Source of the DNA: a virus
Lineage: Duplodnaviria > Caudoviricetes
Strand: one strand, 5' to 3'
IMG/VR virus record: IMGVR_UViG_3300030059_002339
Coordinates: 1-34,448 of that record
DNA: 34,448 nt
In this document: piece after piece, positions 26,446 to 34,030 of the stretch
Position numbering within the stretch: the stretch's first letter is position 1
Layout of the letters: the number at the start of each line of letters is the position of its first letter
Notes under the pieces: generated by a model
What the model was told of the DNA's origin: nothing
Databases searched by the model: none
The model's input: the letters and a program-made list of their open reading frames with translations, nothing else
Made by a program: the position numbers and the translations under genes

Positions 26446-26595
26446 ATGAGCGACACAAGAAAACTAGCACCATACAAACCCTATATAGGGCAGAGAGTGC
26501 AGATGGACGAACTACTAAAGCAGCGGGGCATAACTTACGCACAGCAACACAGGGACGCTATGAAGGCTTACTTAAAAAAGGAGCTGAGAAAATGA
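26446..26595 (+). CDS. Small basic protein, possible ribbon-helix-helix regulator (49 aa)
   Basis: Translated by hand: MSDTRKLAPYKPYIGQRVQMDELLKQRGITYAQQHRDAMKAYLKKELRK; GGGAG RBS; ATGA overlap. Confidence 0.6.
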   Translation: MSDTRKLAPYKPYIGQRVQMDELLKQRGITYAQQHRDAMKAYLKKELRK

Positions 26596-26786
26596 ATAAC
26601 TTAGTAGCAGGCGACATAATGACGGCGCGCATTAAAGAGCTTCAAAAAGAGCTGGCAGAACTGAAGGCTTCTATCCCGAAAATCCAGTATGACACGATTA
26701 TGGAGGCAGAAATAACAGACCATTACTTAATCGGATACGCCAAAAACTTACTCACACAAGCAAAGAAGCAAGACAGTGAGCGATAA
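26592..26786 (+). CDS. Hypothetical protein
   Basis: AAGGAG RBS; KELAEL coiled segment. Confidence 0.65.
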   Translation: MNNLVAGDIMTARIKELQKELAELKASIPKIQYDTIMEAEITDHYLIGYAKNLLTQAKKQDSER

Positions 26787-27069
26787 ATATGGGGTAGGTG
26801 ATATAGAAGAGTGGAATGGGCGCGTACTTGATCGGGTTATTAGCTATGAGGATTTTGCTGAGTTAGAAAAAGAGCTGGCAGAGTTGAATGCCAAGAATAG
26901 CGAAATCATAGAAGCGGCAAAACAAGCCCTTGGTGATATGCAAGGCTTACTCAACGATCAGCAAATAGATTTTCACACAGGCTGTCGTAAATATGACGGT
27001 CAATGTGCTGATGATTTGTCGCGGCTTGTATATCCACCACTCACAAAAGCAAAGGAGCAATCAGAATGA
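26776..27069 (+). CDS. Hypothetical protein
   Basis: Shares KELAEL and LTxAK segments with the previous gene. Confidence 0.6.
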   Translation: MSDKYGVGDIEEWNGRVLDRVISYEDFAELEKELAELNAKNSEIIEAAKQALGDMQGLLNDQQIDFHTGCRKYDGQCADDLSRLVYPPLTKAKEQSE

Positions 27070-27491
27070 ACCCTGTTAAGTTTAAAATGTTATCAGCTAC
27101 AACATTAATCCCCGAGCGTAGCAGCTCAGGCGCGGCAGGGTATGACATATACGCCGATCAGTCAGGCTATGTGATAGGCGGTGGCCGAATCGCTGTATCA
27201 ACAGGTTGGGCGATGGAAATGCCTGCGGGTTATTATGCCGAGATTCGCCCAAGATCAGGGCTGGCCGTAAAACATGGCATCGACACACTGGCGGGTGTTA
27301 TTGATTCAGATTACCGAGGCGAGGTAAAAGTGGTGCTAATTAATCACAGCGACAGCACATTTATTATCAAATCTGGCGACCGTATAGCACAGCTAGTATT
27401 TAGAAGGCATGAAACACCTGACATTATGCTAGTTGATGAACTTGGCGACAGTGTTCGCGGTGCTGGCGGATTTGGGAGTACCGGAAAATGA
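27066..27491 (+). CDS. dut: Trimeric dUTPase
   Basis: All five motifs: AGYD, RSGLA, GVIDSDYRGE, GDRIAQ, RGAGGFGSTG. Confidence 0.97.
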   Translation: MNPVKFKMLSATTLIPERSSSGAAGYDIYADQSGYVIGGGRIAVSTGWAMEMPAGYYAEIRPRSGLAVKHGIDTLAGVIDSDYRGEVKVVLINHSDSTFIIKSGDRIAQLVFRRHETPDIMLVDELGDSVRGAGGFGSTGK

Positions 27492-27715
27492 GTGAATCGA
27501 ATCCAGTAGAGCCGAGCCACTACGTTGATATGAAGTTATCACCTCTCGACTACATTATGGCCAATGAGGGTGATTTCACATGGTGTATAGCTAATGTCAT
27601 TAAGTATGTATCGAGGTATAAGAGAAAAAACGGGCTTGAAGACCTGAATAAAGCTAGATGGTATTTAGATCGACAAATACAAGAGCTGGAAAACCTAACG
27701 GACACAACCAAATGA
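27488..27715 (+). CDS. DUF3310-like (T7 gp1.7-related nucleotide kinase-like) protein
   Basis: V.PSHY...NVIKYVSRY..KNGLEDLNKARWYL. Confidence 0.85.
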   Translation: MSESNPVEPSHYVDMKLSPLDYIMANEGDFTWCIANVIKYVSRYKRKNGLEDLNKARWYLDRQIQELENLTDTTK

Positions 27716-27978
27716 AAAACCTGCACATAGAACTAGTTAAAAAATGGCTGGCCGATCCTAAATCAGTTAGCGCAGAAGAGTTAGAACGTGCTGATACTGC
27801 TGCTGCGGTTGCTGCTGCGGTTTCTACTGCGGTTGCTAATGCTGCCTCTTATGCTGCTCGCGCCGATAACACTAAGCACTGGGGTGAACAACATACCGCC
27901 GATGCTGCTGCTGCTCATGCTGCTCGTACCGCTCACGCTAAATACTGGCTGGAAAAATATGAGGAGCTAACCAAATGA
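27712..27978 (+). CDS. Ala-rich hypothetical protein
   Basis: MKNLHIELVKKWLADPKSVSAEEL, GCT-repeat Ala tract, YWLEKYEELTK; ATGA overlaps. Confidence 0.7.
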   Translation: MKNLHIELVKKWLADPKSVSAEELERADTAAAVAAAVSTAVANAASYAARADNTKHWGEQHTADAAAAHAARTAHAKYWLEKYEELTK

Positions 27979-28163
27979 GTCACGCAGACAACAAAACCCA
28001 CGGCGGCAAAGGTGTGTCACCTATCAAGCCCCGAAACTGGCGACAGGCAGACATCAACTGGGCCATACTGATGGAGAACAATAGGCGCGAACGATCAGGG
28101 CTACCGACAATGACGCCGGTAGAGGCTGATATTTTTATTATTTGCAACGCGGATAAAACATAA
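27975..28163 (+). CDS. Hypothetical protein
   Basis: GAGGAG RBS; ATGA overlap. Confidence 0.65.
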   Translation: MSHADNKTHGGKGVSPIKPRNWRQADINWAILMENNRRERSGLPTMTPVEADIFIICNADKT

Positions 28164-28170
28164 TTAGAAT
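28142..28170 (+). promoter_or_regulatory. sigma70 promoter TTGCAA-17-TAGAAT with no downstream ORF before a terminator
   Basis: Near-consensus hexamers with optimal spacing. Confidence 0.65.
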
Positions 28171-28175
28171 AACGC

Positions 28176-28240
28176 ATAGCAAAGCTTCCCCTCTGTCGTG
28201 TTGCTGCAACTAAGCCCAGCCTAAAAAACTGGGTTTTTTT
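28176..28240 (+). ncRNA. Candidate small RNA with anti-Shine-Dalgarno loop (CUUCCCCUCUGU)
   Basis: Promoter, AGCAA/UUGCU hairpin with C-rich loop, then terminator; no ATG-initiated ORF. Confidence 0.55.
28212..28240 (+). terminator. Rho-independent terminator AAGCCCAG...CTGGGTTTTTTT
   Basis: Stem plus 7-U tract. Confidence 0.85.
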
Positions 28241-28275
28241 GTGTCTGTAATTTGAGTAATAAATTAATTTCACAT

Positions 28276-28320
28276 AAGCGCACGAAACCGCTTGCAAGCG
28301 CATGAAACATTGCCTATAAT
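28276..28320 (+). promoter_or_regulatory. Promoter TTGCAA-17-TATAAT with 13-bp direct repeats AAGCGCA(C/T)GAAAC flanking the -35
   Basis: Repeats at 28276-28288 and 28296-28308. Confidence 0.75.
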
Positions 28321-28353
28321 TAACTTACTGAAACAAACAACAGAGAGAATATT

Positions 28354-28566
28354 ATGAAAGGCTTTAATCAGAAAGCGCTTAACAATGCCGTGCTTGCAAC
28401 AGCTTATTTAGTAGAGGAGGTCTTTGGAAAATTTTATCTTTCAAAACTAAAAAAACTAACAGCGAGGGATTTTGAAGAATACTTAGAGCTGGGAATAACG
28501 CAAGAGCAGCTGGACATAGCAATGTTTGACACCTGCAATCGCGTAAACATTACCGTCGATTGTTAA
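28354..28566 (+). CDS. Hypothetical protein
   Basis: First ORF after a strong promoter; GAGAG RBS. Confidence 0.65.
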   Translation: MKGFNQKALNNAVLATAYLVEEVFGKFYLSKLKKLTARDFEEYLELGITQEQLDIAMFDTCNRVNITVDC

Positions 28567-28608
28567 AACCTTCGGGGCTACGGCCCCACAATCACAACGG
28601 GGAATAAC

Positions 28609-28812
28609 ATGACAATAACGCAGATTTTAACAATGTCTGACAGGCTTAATCTAAAGGCAGGCACAGAGCTTGCTTGCCGACTGGTAATACTTGAAGGCTT
28701 AACTTTCTACGCTGCTGAGAAACAAGTCTGGGGTCGCAGAACAGGCACAATCGGCAAAGCCTGCAAACGATTGCGCGATGAATTGGAATACTGCAAAAAG
28801 GTAGCGAAGTGA
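28609..28812 (+). CDS. Small HTH-type regulator (TrfB/PapB-like), paralogue of 34031-34261
   Basis: ACRLVILEGLTFYAAEKQ...TIGKACKRL. Confidence 0.6.
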   Translation: MTITQILTMSDRLNLKAGTELACRLVILEGLTFYAAEKQVWGRRTGTIGKACKRLRDELEYCKKVAK

Positions 28813-29000
28813 GTAGGCGCAAATTTAACAGTATTGAGCAGGCCGCCAAAGCATCAAGGCTAGCTACTATCGAGCTGGCAGCACAACGGGCAGCATTCAA
28901 GGCTAACGGCGGCGCAGTGGAGTTTTTCGGCGTTACACGGTCGCATACTTTTACCATTGGGCAGCAAGTATCAATTGTAATGAGCAGCGAGGGCAAATAA
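28809..29000 (+). CDS. Hypothetical protein
   Basis: GTGA overlap; F.ANGG.V motif. Confidence 0.55.
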   Translation: MSRRKFNSIEQAAKASRLATIELAAQRAAFKANGGAVEFFGVTRSHTFTIGQQVSIVMSSEGK

Positions 29001-29122
29001 TGAATAATATCGACTGGGACGACATAGAGACTTGCGTGGGTTGTGATAATCAATTCGACATAGCAGAGCTGCAAGAAGTTAACGGCGATCTAATGTGTGA
29101 GTGTTGTATTAAAAAGGGGTAA
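29000..29122 (+). CDS. Small zinc-finger-like protein (40 aa), absent from the ORF track
   Basis: Translated by hand: MNNIDWDDIETCVGCDNQFDIAELQEVNGDLMCECCIKKG; TAATG coupling. Confidence 0.6.
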   Translation: MNNIDWDDIETCVGCDNQFDIAELQEVNGDLMCECCIKKG

Positions 29123-29125
29123 GAA

Positions 29126-29362
29126 ATGAAAGGCATTATATTAATATTATTAGCGGTAACTTTGTCGGCTTGCACAGCCAAAGAGAGTGATCAAGAGATA
29201 CAAAAGCGCGGAAAACCTATAATTGTCGAGAGTAAAGGCAGGATTATGGGGCAGCGTCACTTGTGGAATTACGACACAATAACCACGGTTAGGCTTGAGG
29301 ACGGAACAAGATGCGCTGTTTATTTTTACAACGGCGGGATTGATTGTGATTGGCGCAAGTAA
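29126..29362 (+). CDS. Small lipoprotein
   Basis: Signal peptide MKGIILILLAVT with lipobox LSAC; AAGGGG RBS. Confidence 0.8.
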   Translation: MKGIILILLAVTLSACTAKESDQEIQKRGKPIIVESKGRIMGQRHLWNYDTITTVRLEDGTRCAVYFYNGGIDCDWRK

Positions 29363-29459
29363 ATTATTTTCAATCCATTAAAGGCCGTTACAGGCCAATC
29401 AATAAGTTTCTTATTTAGGTTGTATTTGTTTTGGTTTACACTGAAAAAAAGGGGAAATT

Positions 29460-29756
29460 ATGAGCATAGAAATAATGACAGACTTTAAATTATCCGAGCT
29501 GCTTATTAAGTCGGGGCAAGCATTTTACCTATCAAGCAAATCGCAGCAATCGGACGGCCTATTCTATATTGTAGATAATGGCGAAACCGCACTGATTTAC
29601 GCATCAACTAGTAGGTTCACGCTTGACGGTGAGTTCCACCTTGATAGTGAGATAGCGCTTGAGAGCGGCGCAGAACTTCCCTGTGTGGCTGTTGAGCATG
29701 TATTAAACCAAATGCCAGAGGGTAGCGACTGGGTAGAGGGCAGGTTGAGCAAATAA
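29460..29756 (+). CDS. Hypothetical protein
   Basis: AGGGGAA RBS. Confidence 0.65.
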   Translation: MSIEIMTDFKLSELLIKSGQAFYLSSKSQQSDGLFYIVDNGETALIYASTSRFTLDGEFHLDSEIALESGAELPCVAVEHVLNQMPEGSDWVEGRLSK

Positions 29757-29785
29757 AGTTGATACAACAATAATCAAATAAAAAC

Positions 29786-29820
29786 GGGCCTTTGACATGG
29801 CCTTTTTTTACCTATAATAT
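29786..29820 (+). promoter_or_regulatory. Overlapping terminator (GGGCC-TTTGACAT-GGCCT-TTTTTT) and promoter (TTGACA...TATAATAT) for the replication operon
   Basis: TTGACA 29792-97 lies in the hairpin loop; TATAAT at 15 bp or TAATAT at 17 bp. Confidence 0.7.
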
Positions 29821-29852
29821 GTGGGTTAAATAAACATAAAGGAGGTGGTAAG

Positions 29853-30104
29853 ATGATTACAGACCCAATGAAATATAAGGCTTTACTGGCTTTGTCTGAT
29901 GGCCCAAAGACTTCAACAGAGCTTTATGACCTTTTTAAAAGTAGAGGTTCAGATTATAGGCAGGCAATGGCCAAATGGTTGGAGGACAAAATGGCCGCAA
30001 AATACAGAGTGCCAGCAATAGGACGACCGGCGTCTATTTACTCCATAGAGCCTAAAGGTGTTAGGGAGCTGGAAAGATTAAAGCTTTTGATGGTGGAAAA
30101 CTAA
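29853..30104 (+). CDS. Winged-helix DNA-binding protein (PadR/ArsR-like fold)
   Basis: LLALSDGPKTSTEL...GRPASIYSIEPKGVREL; AAGGAGGT RBS. Confidence 0.7.
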   Translation: MITDPMKYKALLALSDGPKTSTELYDLFKSRGSDYRQAMAKWLEDKMAAKYRVPAIGRPASIYSIEPKGVRELERLKLLMVEN

Positions 30105-30829
30105 TGGCAGATTTTTGGATAAAGATAGAAAAAAGCACACCAGACAAGCCAGAAGTATTTGAAATGGCAGAGATTTTAGGTGTAGACCCTGATGCTATTT
30201 TAGGAAAACTGATTAGGGTTTGGGCTTGGATGGATAGCAATTCCGATAATGGTCACATAAAAAGTGTGACAAATGTCCTTATTGACCGCGTAACTATGTC
30301 ACAAGGTTTTGCGGATGCTATGAAGCGTGTAGGCTGGCTTGGTGATGGTGAGATACCCAACTTTGAGCGCCACCTTGGCGAATCGGCTAAAAAACGAGCA
30401 AAAGACGCCGAAAGGAAGCGGAAGTCACGCAATTCATCCGATAAGTGTCCGCAAGAAAGTGTGACAGAAAGCGGACTAGATAAGAGTAGAGTAGATAAGA
30501 GTAATAAAACACTTACGTCACCAGCTTTCGCTGACGACAACTCTCAGGTGCCTTATCAGAAAATATTAGATTCCTACCATGAGAAGCTACCGGCACTACC
30601 TAAAGTTCAAGTGATGACCGAGAAGCGGAAGAAGTGGCTCAAGTCTCGCTGGAAAGAAACATCAACAATGCAAACTGTCGAGCGGTGGGCTGAGTTCTTT
30701 GGGTATGTTGGCAGTAGTGATTTTCTAATGGGCAGGACTTCTGGTGATCGTGTATGGTCTGCCGATTTTGAATGGCTGATTAACGCTAGTAACTTTGTGA
30801 AAGTAATTGAGGGGCAGTATCACCAATGA
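30104..30829 (+). CDS. Replication initiator (lambda O-like)
   Basis: WIK...PDKPEV, LGKLIRVWAW, IPNFERH; C-terminal ADFEWLINASNFVKVIEGQY; precedes the helicase. Confidence 0.85.
   Translation: MADFWIKIEKSTPDKPEVFEMAEILGVDPDAILGKLIRVWAWMDSNSDNGHIKSVTNVLIDRVTMSQGFADAMKRVGWLGDGEIPNFERHLGESAKKRAKDAERKRKSRNSSDKCPQESVTESGLDKSRVDKSNKTLTSPAFADDNSQVPYQKILDSYHEKLPALPKVQVMTEKRKKWLKSRWKETSTMQTVERWAEFFGYVGSSDFLMGRTSGDRVWSADFEWLINASNFVKVIEGQYHQ
30252..30503. repeat. Candidate origin iterons inside the initiator gene
   Basis: AAAGTGTGACA at 30261 and 30456; GTCACA/TGTGAC inverted pair; TAGATAAGAGTA at 30477 and 30492. Confidence 0.5.
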
Positions 30830-32184
30830 TAAACAGAATTAATCTACACGCAGAACAGGCGGCGGTCGGCGCTGTAATTGTAAACTCTGAGACGCTTGAT
30901 GACGTTTTAGATATTGCGAGCATTGACGACTTTACTTCGCCGCAACACCAGCGCATTTTGAGAAAGGCGCAAGAATTAAGGGAAAAGGTCGGCAGTGCTG
31001 ACGAGCTTAGTATTTGTATGGGCTTGGCTGATGGCTTCCCTGATGATGTTGCCTATGCTGTCGAGCTTGCACAGAACACCTCAAGCTCTGCCAACCATAA
31101 AGCTTATGCCACTGTTGTACGCGATAGAGCGCAATTCAGAGCTATCGACTCGGCAATAGGCGAGGCTGGCGAGGCTGTCGGTATGGCTGAGACTCCACAG
31201 GAGGCGGCAGAGGCAGCGCAAGCCAAGATAACAGCTATTGACCTAGCTAAAGGTGACTGCGCCATACAGAGCGCAAAGCAGGCCGCCAAGGAGATGATAA
31301 AAAACCTAGAGGATAGATTCGAGTCAAGAAATAGCGGGAAACTTGGCGGATTGGCCACTGGCTTTAAGGACGTTGATGATAGGCTTGATGGGTTGCGAGC
31401 TGGAGCGTTGATAGTTGTCGCTGGGCGTCCAGCTATGGGTAAATCAGTTTATGGTGTTCAAGTTGCTCAGAATGCCGCAATAGTCGAGGGTAAGAATGTT
31501 TTATTCTTTAGTTTGGAAATGCCATCGTGTGAGGTAATTGAGCGTATGGCGGCAAGTGTTGGGCGTATACCTTACAGTAAAATAAGGGATGCCAGTCTGT
31601 TTGAGAACTACACGCCAAACCTGCAAGCAGCGGTTGGTAAGATAAACAACTCAAAATTAAAAATCATTGATACGCCATCAATCCATATAAACCAGATCAA
31701 AGCTTACAGCCGCAAGGTACACAGAAAGTCACCGGTTGACCTTATTGTAATTGATCACATATCGATTGCTGTTGGTGATGGGCATTCACGCGAGCGAGAA
31801 ATGGCGAGCATTACGGGAGGGCTTAAAGCTTTATCAAAGGAGCTTAAATGTCCAGTAATGGCGCTCTGCCAGCTAAACCGATCAGTTGAGCAAACACCAG
31901 ACAAAAAGCCAATGATGCAACACTTGAGAGATTCAGGAAGTATTGAGCAGGACGCCGACATAATTCAATTTCTATTCAGAGAAGAATATTACTTTCCCGA
32001 CACTGATAACAAAGGCATTTTGCAGGTCAACACGGCTAAATTCCGAGGTGGTGAGGGTGGTGTTGATTACCTACACGCCGACTTTGCTCACATGAGTATT
32101 GGAAACCTAGACAATTACAGGCCGCAAGATGTTGACCAGTCAGGCTCATATAACCCAAAAGGCGGTTTTAACATTGCGGGGTGA
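30826..32184 (+). CDS. dnaB: Replicative DNA helicase, DnaB family
   Basis: AGRPAMGKS Walker A, FFSLEM, IVIDH, LCQLNR, LRDSGSIEQDAD, KFRGG. Confidence 0.97.
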   Translation: MINRINLHAEQAAVGAVIVNSETLDDVLDIASIDDFTSPQHQRILRKAQELREKVGSADELSICMGLADGFPDDVAYAVELAQNTSSSANHKAYATVVRDRAQFRAIDSAIGEAGEAVGMAETPQEAAEAAQAKITAIDLAKGDCAIQSAKQAAKEMIKNLEDRFESRNSGKLGGLATGFKDVDDRLDGLRAGALIVVAGRPAMGKSVYGVQVAQNAAIVEGKNVLFFSLEMPSCEVIERMAASVGRIPYSKIRDASLFENYTPNLQAAVGKINNSKLKIIDTPSIHINQIKAYSRKVHRKSPVDLIVIDHISIAVGDGHSREREMASITGGLKALSKELKCPVMALCQLNRSVEQTPDKKPMMQHLRDSGSIEQDADIIQFLFREEYYFPDTDNKGILQVNTAKFRGGEGGVDYLHADFAHMSIGNLDNYRPQDVDQSGSYNPKGGFNIAG

Positions 32185-32350
32185 ATGGGTAAGCGGTAGA
32201 CGTAAAGCGGCAAAGGCTGGCATTGCTGATATTAGGGCGATGCTAGAGACATAACCAAATGGAATACCTACGGCTTAACGGTATAACCAAAGTTCACTAC
32301 CCTGTTAATCAGCAGGGTTAGATAATAGCAGCACATAAGAGGGGGGAATA

Positions 32351-32626
32351 ATGAATAAGGCCGAGAAATTTATAATTCTATACCTGGGCAAATGGCCCGA
32401 CAAAGTTAAATCTGTGAACGACATCGAGCTTGAATCAAGGCTTTACGGCATTAGTCACATAAAGTTGGTACAAGCTTTTAATTCTCTTGAGTACAGAGAG
32501 GACGCAAAGAAAAACCGTACTGATTTAATCAGGCAAGTCGACGGCATGGGGCAGGATGGCAATTTTGGGTTTAAGTTGACGCAAATGGGCAGGCTCGAAA
32601 ATAAGCGATTGAGGGGTAAGGTATGA
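32351..32626 (+). CDS. Hypothetical protein, possibly winged-helix
   Basis: GAGGGGGG RBS; FKLTQMGR ending. Confidence 0.6.
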   Translation: MNKAEKFIILYLGKWPDKVKSVNDIELESRLYGISHIKLVQAFNSLEYREDAKKNRTDLIRQVDGMGQDGNFGFKLTQMGRLENKRLRGKV

Positions 32627-32937
32627 GAGATATTAAATTTAAAGTTTGGAACACGATTGATAAACACTATTTAATCCCGAAAACATCGTGGTTTTTCTCA
32701 GTGCTACAAGAGGCGCTTAAAGGTAGTAAATACTACGAGGCGTATCAATACACAGGGTTAAAAGATATAAACGGCGTTGAAATATACGAGGGCGATGTTG
32801 TTTACCTTGCAGGGTACGGAAATTATCACGCCGAGTTCCCGTTTATAGAGTTGTACGAGGCGCAATATGAAAATGATATTGGCGCTATTCTCGGCAATAT
32901 ACACGAAAACCCTGAATTGCTGGGCGGTGACTTATGA
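32623..32937 (+). CDS. YopX-family protein
   Basis: MRDIKFKVW, QYTGLKDINGVEIYEGDVV, GNIHENPELL. Confidence 0.92.
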   Translation: MRDIKFKVWNTIDKHYLIPKTSWFFSVLQEALKGSKYYEAYQYTGLKDINGVEIYEGDVVYLAGYGNYHAEFPFIELYEAQYENDIGAILGNIHENPELLGGDL

Positions 32938-33149
32938 GTCAATGCAAAAGAATATTAGCCTACCTGAAAACAGGTAAAACATTGACACGCCGAATCGGTT
33001 TAGATGAGCTTGGCATCTGGGAATCACCGGCGAGAATATCAGAGCTAAAAAGACGTGGTGTTAATATTGAAAAGCGGCCTGTTAATGTTATTGATAAGTA
33101 TGGCCAGCCTTCGGTAATAGCCCATTGGACGCTTGGGGGTGATGTGTGA
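32934..33149 (+). CDS. Small winged HTH protein
   Basis: QCKRILAYLKTGKTLT...ARISELKRRGVNI. Confidence 0.75.
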   Translation: MSQCKRILAYLKTGKTLTRRIGLDELGIWESPARISELKRRGVNIEKRPVNVIDKYGQPSVIAHWTLGGDV

Positions 33150-33535
33150 AGCGCAAAAAACCATTATTAACGCCCGTTAAAGGTTTAATCATAAATTGGA
33201 AAGATAGGTCCAGAGATTTAGATAGGGCGGATGTTTTTGAGCATAAAACGAATCACAAAAACCCAATTTACCGGCTAATGTCGCAGGAAATCTTTGACAG
33301 GGTTCACGACCTTATAGTTAAAAAACAGCGGCTATTCTGGCACATTGACGTGTCCGTGGTTTTCGTTTATCCAGACAGGACAGAGCAGCGATCTAGCGGC
33401 GAGTTTGAGGCTTGGACAACCTTCGAGGAAATAGCGCCAACTTGCGTCCAGATACATCAGGAGGGGCTTAGAGAGGGTAATATTGAGCATTACAAATATA
33501 CTGAGTTCACGGCCACTTGTTTAAAAGTCGCATGA
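33146..33535 (+). CDS. Hypothetical protein
   Basis: GTGA/ATGA overlaps with neighbours. Confidence 0.6.
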   Translation: MKRKKPLLTPVKGLIINWKDRSRDLDRADVFEHKTNHKNPIYRLMSQEIFDRVHDLIVKKQRLFWHIDVSVVFVYPDRTEQRSSGEFEAWTTFEEIAPTCVQIHQEGLREGNIEHYKYTEFTATCLKVA

Positions 33536-33939
33536 AAACTCAAACGCTAGTGATTGATAACGAAATAGCCAGACAACACGCTATTAATCTAATTATGAAT
33601 AGCACCGATGTCACAGTGACAATTCAGAAAACCAAGCGCAAAAGAACCAACGCACAAAACGCCGCAATACATAAATACTTTACGCTATTGGCTGACCAGC
33701 TTAATGATGCTGGGCTTGATATGCGTAAAGTACTTACGAAGCGGCCTGATATACCGTGGAGCAGCGAAACAGTAAAGATTCATATATGGCGAGAGGTTCA
33801 AGCGGCGATGGGGCTAGGCGAGTCTACAGCAGGGTTAAACAGCGACCAGATAACAAAGGTTTATGAAGTTGTGGCGCGTTTCCTCTCGACTAGGTTCGGA
33901 GTCTTTGTGCCTTTCCCGTCAGATGATAAATTAATTTAA
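33532..33939 (+). CDS. NinB/YbcN-like protein
   Basis: KRTNAQNAAIHKYF..LA.QL, ESTAGL motifs; ATG 33532. Confidence 0.7.
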   Translation: MKTQTLVIDNEIARQHAINLIMNSTDVTVTIQKTKRKRTNAQNAAIHKYFTLLADQLNDAGLDMRKVLTKRPDIPWSSETVKIHIWREVQAAMGLGESTAGLNSDQITKVYEVVARFLSTRFGVFVPFPSDDKLI

Positions 33940-33958
33940 TTAAATAGCTATAATACGC

Positions 33959-33986
33959 TTTACATATAGCGGTGACTTGCTATTAT
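33959..33986 (+). promoter_or_regulatory. Promoter TTTACA-16-TATTAT with TGn extension
   Basis: Intergenic hexamers upstream of 34031. Confidence 0.55.
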
Positions 33987-34030
33987 GTACTCAAGCAAAG
34001 GGGCAACCCAAACAACTTTAGGGCGACAGT

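Noticed and set aside
27790-27935. GCT-rich tandem repeats as a regulatory array or DGR/CRISPR-like element
   Set aside because: They are in-frame Ala codons of a low-complexity protein; no spacers and no reverse transcriptase in the genome
27980-28303. Minus-strand ORF with a GAGGGGAAG RBS-like site before an ATG at 28175
   Set aside because: Antisense to the coupled gene 27975-28163 with no clear leftward promoter; the + strand promoter and terminator favour the sRNA reading, though this is not excluded
32129-32350. Possible 41-aa ORF (MLTSQAH...AKAGIADIRAMLET) or ncRNA after dnaB
   Set aside because: Weak RBS, overlaps the end of dnaB, and only a short ACCCTG/CAGGGT hairpin; insufficient support
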